A stretch of 62,037 nucleotides of DNA, the filler included, from Kipferlia bialata (lineage: Eukaryota): NCBI GenBank assembly GCA_003568945.1. It is 5 parts of 5 records of this genome, joined end to end, with 100 filler letters (N's around TTAATTAATTAA, not from the genome) between each part and the next. Parts side by side here need not be neighbours in the genome. Positions count along the whole stretch, not along the records: positions 50,844 to 56,513 come from BDIP01000575.1; positions 56,614 to 62,037 come from BDIP01000583.1; 3 more parts are not named here. The stretch is one strand, 5' to 3'. The position numbers and the translations under genes are program-made. Shown piece after piece: positions 54,168 to 62,037 of this stretch; positions within the stretch are counted from its first letter, which is position 1; each line of letters starts with the position of its first letter. The notes under the pieces are model-generated. The model ran no database searches. It saw nothing but the letters and a program-made list of their open reading frames with translations, and was not told where the DNA came from.

Positions 54168-54617
54168 AGTAGTAGAGTGGTGCCTGGACTCCAGGCGTCC
54201 AGAGTATCAATGTGTATGTGATGAAAGACTGCATTCTATCTCCCGCTGGGAGTCTCTGTCACGATAGAAATGAAGTATATATATATCTAGAGTTTTAAGA
54301 GGAGATACCACTCACTCTTACAGACGCACGATGAAGTGTACGTCTGTATGCAGTTCTGAAGCACGACTGAGCAAGTAGGTACTCTAAATGCCTAATCAGC
54401 GAGCCGAATTGGAGTATTATAGCTGTTGTCCTGTTCTGATCCTGTCAAGCTGTTTCAAATTAGGTTCACTGGACGAACCCGACGGGGTGGGGGCGTCTGT
54501 GACACTGGTATGAATGGAAGATAATGGACGATGTATGAAGAATATTCATTGAAGGTGTATCCAAACACTCAGTGTTACGTCAAACTGCCAATGTGAAATA
54601 TTATGAAAATAATCTGG

Positions 54618-54827
54618 TTTCTTATATCAGAAAGAGAATTCTCTCGTTTCTTACATCAGAAAGAAATTCTTTCAAAGAATAATTTCTCACATCAGAAAGA
54701 AATTCTTTCAAAGAATAATTTCTCGTTTCTTATATCAGAAAGAATTTTCTCATTTCTTACATCAGAAAGAATTTTCCCTGGTTTCTTATGTAAGAAAGAA
54801 TTACTATCTCATTTCTCATGTAAGAAA
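54618..54827. repeat. AT-rich array of 7 palindromic units TTTCT-N6-AGAAA with variable spacers
   Basis: Units TTTCTTATATCAGAAAG, TTTCTTACATCAGAAAG, TTTCTCACATCAGAAAG, TTTCTTATGTAAGAAAG and similar, read directly. Confidence 0.9.
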
Positions 54828-54865
54828 CTATCTTAGAGTAAGAAAGACAGTATCGATACTTGGGT

Positions 54866-55966
54866 ATCAGCTCAAAAACAATTCATGTATCAGAGAACAA
54901 GAGCCCACTATCATACTCACACCAATATAATGCCATATATGTACTACGATACATCCAACCAGACACGAACCTGCCTCTGCTTTCTTCGCCTTCGGCCGGA
55001 AGGTGTGGCAGGCCTTCTCGAGAACCAATGCGCTGGGTTAGTGGGTCTCTTCCTCTCTCTCTCCTATGATTATCATAGGACCTATGATATGCATAGAGAG
55101 ATGGGAGTTACGTACCAGTAGGTGGGGGGGTGTATGCAAGCACACCACTTCATGTAGTTCTTTCCCGTGGCGGCGAGACGGTTGAAGTGGGGTCTGAAGT
55201 GAGAAGAGGGGAGGGTGACGCAGCTTGAGTTGAGAATGAGAAAGATATGGATGAAATATATAGAGAGAGAATGATAGCCGACGTACTCTACCAAGGCGTA
55301 TCCGATACGCACAAGGGCAATCCTGTCCAAGGACATGGTATGGTCGTGAGTCGTACTGTAGAATATGTATCTGTCGGAGTGCCACGGCTGGGTCTGGTTC
55401 ATGGGGCTGGTATAAGGCCAAATGAGAGGGGGGGTAGAGAGAGAGAGAGACGTACTCCAGCTGGGTGGAGGCCATCATGCCTCTGCCGGCGTTGTGGTCC
55501 TCGACCCTGTCGGCCTCTCTGTTGATGACGTCAAAGAGGGGGTAGAGGGCATTGAAATCCTTGACACGGAGAGGGCCGGAGTGGAAGTCCACAGGGACGT
55601 TATCAAAGAACTGGAGCAGGGGGAGTGGGATAACTGTACCCTGCGGGAACTGGTTGTGAAATGGGGAGTAGCATAACTCTTATACACATGGCTATAGACA
55701 GTCAGGAGACAAAACCGTATATATACACAGCAAAAAGGAAAGAATGAAGAACAATAAGAGGCTTCACATACCGTCCAGGAGGGAACATCAGTTCCCTGTG
55801 ATGTGGCCTTAGAGTCATCGTGCTCTATACCCAGGTAGAAGTACGCCCGGATGAAAAGAACCCTCTCTTCCTCCGACATCTTGTAATTGGGGGTCCTGCC
55901 GGGTAGGAGTAACTTCACAACGTTCTCCAGTTGCTCCCTACCATAGACGTAACCATCAACCGCCAT
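54866..55966 (-). CDS. Multi-exon hypothetical protein
   Basis: MAVDGYVYGREQLENVVKLLL...WT|FPQGTVIPLPLLQFFDNVPVDFH...|DPMNQTQPWHSDRYIFYST...|PHFNRLAATGKNYMKWCAC... splice in frame. 3' end uncertain. Confidence 0.6.
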
Positions 55967-56115
55967 TGGCTAGGGGTTGGTAGTAGCTGGTTTGAATGAA
56001 GGCTCGTTCTTTCAGAGAATGAACATGATGAAGTCGTTGAACCCTTCCAACTTTGAAAAACATGGTACAGCCTCTGTCCTAGAGAGTACAGTCTGACTAA
56101 GAATCACGTAACACC

Positions 56116-56192
56116 ATGCGATATGGTATAACCACCGTATTGTGTCTTCTGACCTGTGCCATGGTGCGAGGAGAGGTGTTTGACAGGTAACA

Positions 56193-56228
<36 letters not shown>

Positions 56229-56448
56229 TATCATTCTTTTGTTTACTACCTCTGCCATAGTGGGTGTTTGACAGGTAACAATGTCATAAATGAAAGACAG
56301 ATACTGAAATCAGTGTAATTGTGACAGGTAATTGGACTGTCTCTCTCTCTCTCTTTCTCTTACTCTCTCCCCCCCCCCCAACACCAGATATGCTGCTTCA
56401 GACGAGTATCGGAGTGAGGATCTCTCGGACTCATGCTACTGGGACAAT
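56116..56448 (+). CDS. N-terminus of a putative secreted protein (truncated at linker)
   Basis: MRYGITTVLCLLTCAMVRG-EVFDR|YAASDEYRSEDLSDSCYWDN is signal-peptide-like, with a GT-AG intron. Confidence 0.55.
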
Positions 56449-56454
56449 GTACGT

Positions 56455-56501
<47 letters not shown>

Positions 56502-56513
56502 TCTCCCTCCCTG

Positions 56514-56613
56514 NNNNNNNNNNNNNNNNNNNNNNNNNNNNNNNNNNNNNNNNNNNNTTAATTAATTAANNNNNNNNNNNNNNNNNNNNNNNNNNNNNNN
56601 NNNNNNNNNNNNN
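56514..56613. other. Artificial 100-bp contig linker
   Basis: N44-TTAATTAATTAA-N44. Confidence 0.97.
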
Positions 56614-56622
56614 AAAAAAAGA

Positions 56623-56659
<37 letters not shown>

Positions 56660-56660
<1 letters not shown>

Positions 56661-57040
56661 CCACTCGACGGTGCATTCCTCTTTGAGGTATAGTTTACGT
56701 GGATACTATATTCCCATACACACTCACCCCCATGGTTGGCCCCCCCACAGACCCATTACTTCGGCTACCTCAATCCCTACTGTTTAACCTCTTCATATAC
56801 TATATTGCTACTGTTGTCCTTGGAATTAGATACTATACTACTAGATATATATCTCATACTCACCCCAAGTACGGCACCCCCACCGACACAGGCACTATAT
56901 ATGTATTTTTATATGTATTGTCGTGCAGTGTATAGATGCAGTGTATAGCACTAAATACTCAAAATTTACACTGTATTTATACTCACCCCCAGGATGGGAC
57001 CCCCACCGACACAGGCACAGCAAAGTACCAGGTAACTATT

Positions 57041-57082
<42 letters not shown>

Positions 57083-58330
57083 GAGAGAGAGAGAGAGAGA
57101 GGTGGGGGGAGGACAGCCAAGTACCAGGTGTGGATAGACCAAGTCATATCTTCGCTTATACATACATTCTCGTTATCTATTCCAGCTTCCCTAGTGCTTA
57201 CCTTCTGCTTACCTTCTCATTCTCATATAGTATACTCCTTACCATCTTGCCTACATGACAGGGCACCTCTTTGGGACTTTGTATAATTTGTATCAGACCA
57301 TATTTGTATATATTTCATTATGTATATATATATATATACCATCTTGCCTACATGACAGGGCACCTCCTTGGGACTCTGTATCTACTATATAAGACTATGA
57401 CTGTAAATAATGACTATTGTATATATACTATTATCATCTATCTTACCGTGTAGGGCACCTCCTGGGGTCTGCGTGGTGACATTCCCCACATGGACAGCCC
57501 AGACATACTGGAGGTATGCTATGAGTGCTGTACATATAGAGTATGGAGTACCCTCCTTGAGACACCTGTGCATATATATGTATATACATGCCACCCATGG
57601 TCAGTCCAGACATCCTGGAGGTATAGCCTCTCTCTCTCTCTCTCTCTCTCTATGTCTCTCTGTCTCCTGTTTAGTTAAATAGTATCTTTTACGACTTACA
57701 TCTAGGGCTTTACTATCCCTGGATGCCAATAATTGTCTGTGTATATACTCTCTACATATATATTCTTTGCTCACAACCAGGGCTCTGGCATAACACTAGA
57801 CCCCAGTGACTATGGCCTAATGACATATGTCTATATACAGTTGTTCATATGTACATGTGTCCCATGCATTGTACTTATGCTCAGGGCTCTGGCATAATAT
57901 ACATATACGTACATATACTAACCCCCAGGGCTCTGGTATCACCCTGGACCCCAGTGACTATGGCCTGGAGGCAGAGGTGGCACAGACTGCAGCAGACAAG
58001 ATGGCACAGGTCAAGGGGTGGTGCGCTACTCTTAACACAGGATTGGAGGGTGAGGCATTTACTTATCCTATATCTCTCTCTCTGTCTAGTATCCTACCTC
58101 AGGTACATCGTCCTCTGCTTTATTGTCTGCCCTTGCGGCATTTCTCTCTCCCTCTCTCTCTCTCTCTACTACATATTATCTTATCTCAGGTACTACTACA
58201 TCTGCCCTGATGTCTGCATTGGATGGCCTAGTCGGATGTCTCTCTCTCTCTTTATATATATATTCCTATTATATCATACCCCAGGTACTACTACATCTGC
58301 CCTGATGTCTTGTCTCGATGGCCTGGTGGC

Positions 58331-58368
<38 letters not shown>

Positions 58369-58482
58369 ATTCTTATCCTACCCCAGGTACTACTACATCT
58401 GCTATGATGTCTTGTCTCGATGGCCTGGTAGGATGTGTCACAGGGGCAGATCAGGAGACACAGAGGTAATAGTGTATGTATG

Positions 58483-58527
<45 letters not shown>

Positions 58528-58587
58528 GCATGTGTCACAGGGGCAGACCAGGAGACACAGAGGTAATAGTGTATGTATGTATATATG

Positions 58588-58618
<31 letters not shown>

Positions 58619-60465
58619 GCATGTGTCACAGGGGCAGACCAGGAGACACAGAGGTATATGTGTATGTATGTATATAGAGAGAGAGAGAGAAAGAGAGGTT
58701 GCGGGAGAGAGAGAGAGGCATGTGTCACAGGAACAGACCAGGAGACACAGAGGTATATGAGTATATGTATATAGATATAGATCTAGAGAGAGAGAGAGAG
58801 AGAGAGGGGGGCATGTGTCACAGGGCCAGACCAGGAGACACAGAGGTATGACTGTATGTATATATATAGAGAGAGAGAGAGGGAGAGGGAGAGAGAGAGA
58901 GGCATGCGTTACAGGGACAGACCAGGAGACACGGAGGTGTGTATATCTATTATATGTATTATACACTACATCTATTATATCTATTCATAAAGGGCTTTTC
59001 TATGAATATATGGAGATTGAGAGAGAAGGTCTCTCAAGCTCTACCCACCTGTATCCAGACAGTACAGCATGATGTATACATGTAGATATATACGTATACT
59101 CACATACATCAATCTCATCCCAGATACCTAGTCTCCCATGCCCTACCCACCTGCATCCAGACTGTGCAGCGTTGTATATATGTATATTCGTATACATATA
59201 CATACATTATTTCTTATGCCAGATATCTAGTCTCGCATGCCCTACCCACCTGCATCCAGACAGCTTAGTATACGCATATTCTTATATATACATAATTATA
59301 TACCTATCAGTATGTAGCTCATACCAGGTACCTTGTCACTCACTGCCTCCCTGTCTGCATCCAGACTGTGCAGAGAGGGGTGTATCAGTATGACCAACAG
59401 CACATTGGTAGTGGCACTGCTGAGGAAGATACTGAGGTGACAGAGTGTGATGCCACAAACTCTGCCCTCATGCCTGTCCTCGCCTCCACTCTCTCTCTCC
59501 TCTCTCTCTTGCTGCCCCTCGTCGCAGCTGAGGACACTACTGCTAAGAAGGGAGACACTAGTAGTCTACCCATTGGCCTCTTCCTCTCCCTCCTCCCCGA
59601 CCTCCTTGTCGACACGGTGCAGTTGTACCGCGTGGATTCCGGTGTCACTGAGGTTGAACCAGTGGCCCAGAGGGCGGCAGAGTGTCTGCTCTCTCTGTGC
59701 ACATCTGTCACTCTGTGGGATGATGCACAGGGGGGTAGGGACGGGGTGACCAAGGGACTGCTGGACAATGCAGCCAGGGTGGGGGCCCTAGGTTAGTAAC
59801 AGACTGTATTTACATGTATACTATATGTATGTGTATAGGTAGTATGTATGCTGTATGGGTAGTAAGTGACTCTTGGACAATGCAGCCAGGGTGGGGGCCC
59901 TAGGTATGTCACAGTACAAGTATATCCCGTATATTTGGATATATGTGGTGTGTATACCGAAATGGTAGGAAGGGCAGTTGTATACAACTGATCATTATAG
60001 TTGCTGGGTTGGGGAGAGAGACAGATGGTGTTGACAGTTAACGGTTTATACAAGCTCAGTTAGCAGCTGTGCTAGTGTTCCATCATTATCTGATCCCAGG
60101 CCGTGTCTTGGCTGCACTAGCCAGAAAGAATAGGACAGGAGGTATGGGTGTTATTGTGTGCTACATACTCCACAAAGGAACTAATTGTGTTCCTATATGG
60201 AAGGAAGGAATGTGAGAGAGAATAGTGTGTCTATGTATATGCTATATATTTAGTCTCCTATTACCAGGCCATGCCCTGTATGTGACTGTGGATGATGTCC
60301 AGGGCAGTGTCCATGTAGTACATATACACTATAGTAGTGTGTCTATATATATTATATACTATGTATATATAATATAATGTATGTACTGACTCTTCAGGCC
60401 ATGCCCTGTATGTGACTGTGGATGATGTCCAGGGCAGGATCAGGGAGATGATGGAGTGTGTATGA
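56660..60465 (+). CDS. Multi-exon hypothetical protein (5' truncated)
   Basis: Exons DGTPTDTGTAKYQ, GTSWGLRGDIPHMDSPDILE, GSGITLDPSDYGLEAEVAQ..., GTTTSAMMSCLDGLVGCVTGADQETQR, ORF 59368-59796 and terminal GHALYVTVDDVQGRIREMMECV*. Confidence 0.55.
58430..58940 (+). repeat. Six tandem copies of an exon-end plus donor plus (TA)n(GA)n unit (about 95-bp period)
   Basis: ATGTGTCACAGGGGCAGACCAGGAGACACAGAG|GT at about 58432, 58528, 58619, 58717, 58811 and 58901. Confidence 0.92.
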
Positions 60466-62037
60466 ATAGACAGTGGTAGAGTACCTGTCTTCGTTAGAGA
60501 ACTAGCAAGAGAACTGCAGTGTAAATGATCCCACAGGAGTAATACGCTTCAGAGATGATGGGTTCTGTATGAATAGAGTGGTTGGACTCGCTCATGGGTT
60601 GATAAGTGGGACAAGTGTCATATGAATGGACTATATACACACTTACTATACTATAGATGCTAGTATTGCAAACAACTGGAATGCGTTGGAGAGAAAGAGA
60701 GAAAGACGGTGGAGTGTGTCAGAAAGTGCTGTGTTGGTAGAGGTGGACTGTCCAAATACAGTGTAGTCTACACCGTGTTGAATGTGTTGCAAAATTTCCG
60801 ATAATGAAGTTGCACGCAAGATTGCAGAGAGGGGTAGGTCGCAGACAATGGTCGACCTAGACAGAATAGTGGGGGATTTTACACGACATGTAGCAATGCG
60901 AACTCAAGTCCCTAGCAGAGCAACAGAGTAAAGTAGGACTGTCGTTGAACCTATTGTTCGAAGAGTACCTCAACACAATTGAGTACATTCAGAGCCTGAG
61001 TCGTAAGGTATCGGCATTGTCTGAGAGATCGGAGAGACAGTTACGGAAGTCTCTTAACAGAGGGAAATTGGGTCAATTACTAATTGAGAGAGAATTGATT
61101 TGACGACGACCGTGGGGAGCTGGAAGTCGGTAGTGTCCAATTACGGGCCAGGAGTATCTATGAATACGTCTCATCCCCCGTTTCACCCAATGGCATTCTC
61201 CTGGCTCCTTTCTGAGATTTCTATTCGGAGTCCTACACCAGAGTACCCGAGGCGTAATCACCAGTCCACATAAGCATTGACGTGACTCCTGTGACAAGAC
61301 TTGTTCCTACTGAATCTCTGGGCCACTGACAAGCATGAGCATGGTACAGACGTTATCAAGGTACAGAAATACTACAGGCAACGAGGGGAAGTCAGAGTAA
61401 GGGTGACTATCTCAGACAGAGAGAGATGTGTGTGTGAGCCACTTAGATTCCGTTGAACCAACACACAGAGATGGAGCTTCATATATCGTCTCATTGCCAT
61501 GTAATCGAGATGGGACGGGAAGGTGATAGGGGAAAGAGGGGAAGGACTATTCGATCCGAGTACTCCTCAGAGGATTATTAGCATTATCATCGCGGCAGGG
61601 CAACGGTGGACTTTGTAAGAGTAGCCCCACGGGGTTTAGTAGATTCGCAATCAAAGTGAGGACCTTTCAGGAGGGGAATGATAGAATACATAATATTTCC
61701 GAGGCCTAAGAACAGATACAATCTACCTACATTATACCAAACCACCACCATGTAGTTGCATATTTTAGATCTCCTGATAATGGCAGCCATACAGTGATCA
61801 TTCACTACATGCTAGAAAGAGGCAGCATACAAGGCGAGACCAGCATATATATACTTGTCTGTCACGTATAATACGTGACTAGGGCTTCAAAAATATAGAG
61901 ATACCAAAAGGGTATAGTAACAAAAACAATTACTATCTCTATAACTATTGATTGCTGACTTGTGTGGGGCTTCGAGTACATAAATGAGAGTGTTTTAAGG
62001 ATATAAATGAGACCCTTATGTCTATAGAGGGTTTGAA

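Noticed and set aside
54618..54827. CRISPR array
   Set aside because: Repeats are short and degenerate, spacers are similar or duplicated, there are no cas genes, and the context is eukaryotic.
60466..62037. Short ORFs at the window end
   Set aside because: No recognisable motif or consistent splice model.

Overview
Intron-rich eukaryotic genomic DNA, not prokaryotic. It has short GT-AG introns with (AT)n/(CT)n/poly-C tracts and a branch-point motif fused to the 3' splice site (YTNAC-N2-5-AG). These features plus expanded Kelch-like genes suggest a free-living fornicate such as Kipferlia (inference). The window is five pieces joined by artificial 100-bp N44-TTAATTAATTAA-N44 linkers, so adjacency across linkers is unproven. 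Hand splicing supports these genes: (1) a 14-exon bacterial-type Cys selenophosphate synthetase (SelD) fused to a C-terminal YedF/DsrE-like CxxC domain, whose frame needs a GT-AT intron; (2) a head-to-head SNF1/AMPK kinase, 3' truncated; (3) the 3' end of D-aminoacyl-tRNA deacylase; (4) a type II membrane coiled-coil plus F5/8-type-C (discoidin) protein; (5) a helical-repeat protein ending in an AIDA-type C2 domain; (6) four Kelch-like loci and several hypothetical multi-exon genes. The most striking non-coding signals are pervasive 'splice-junction echoes' (diverged tandem copies of exon ends with their splice site inside introns), short perfect hairpins centred on AGNCT, and a 7-copy palindromic AT-rich array. 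No rRNA, tRNA, CRISPR or transposase could be supported.
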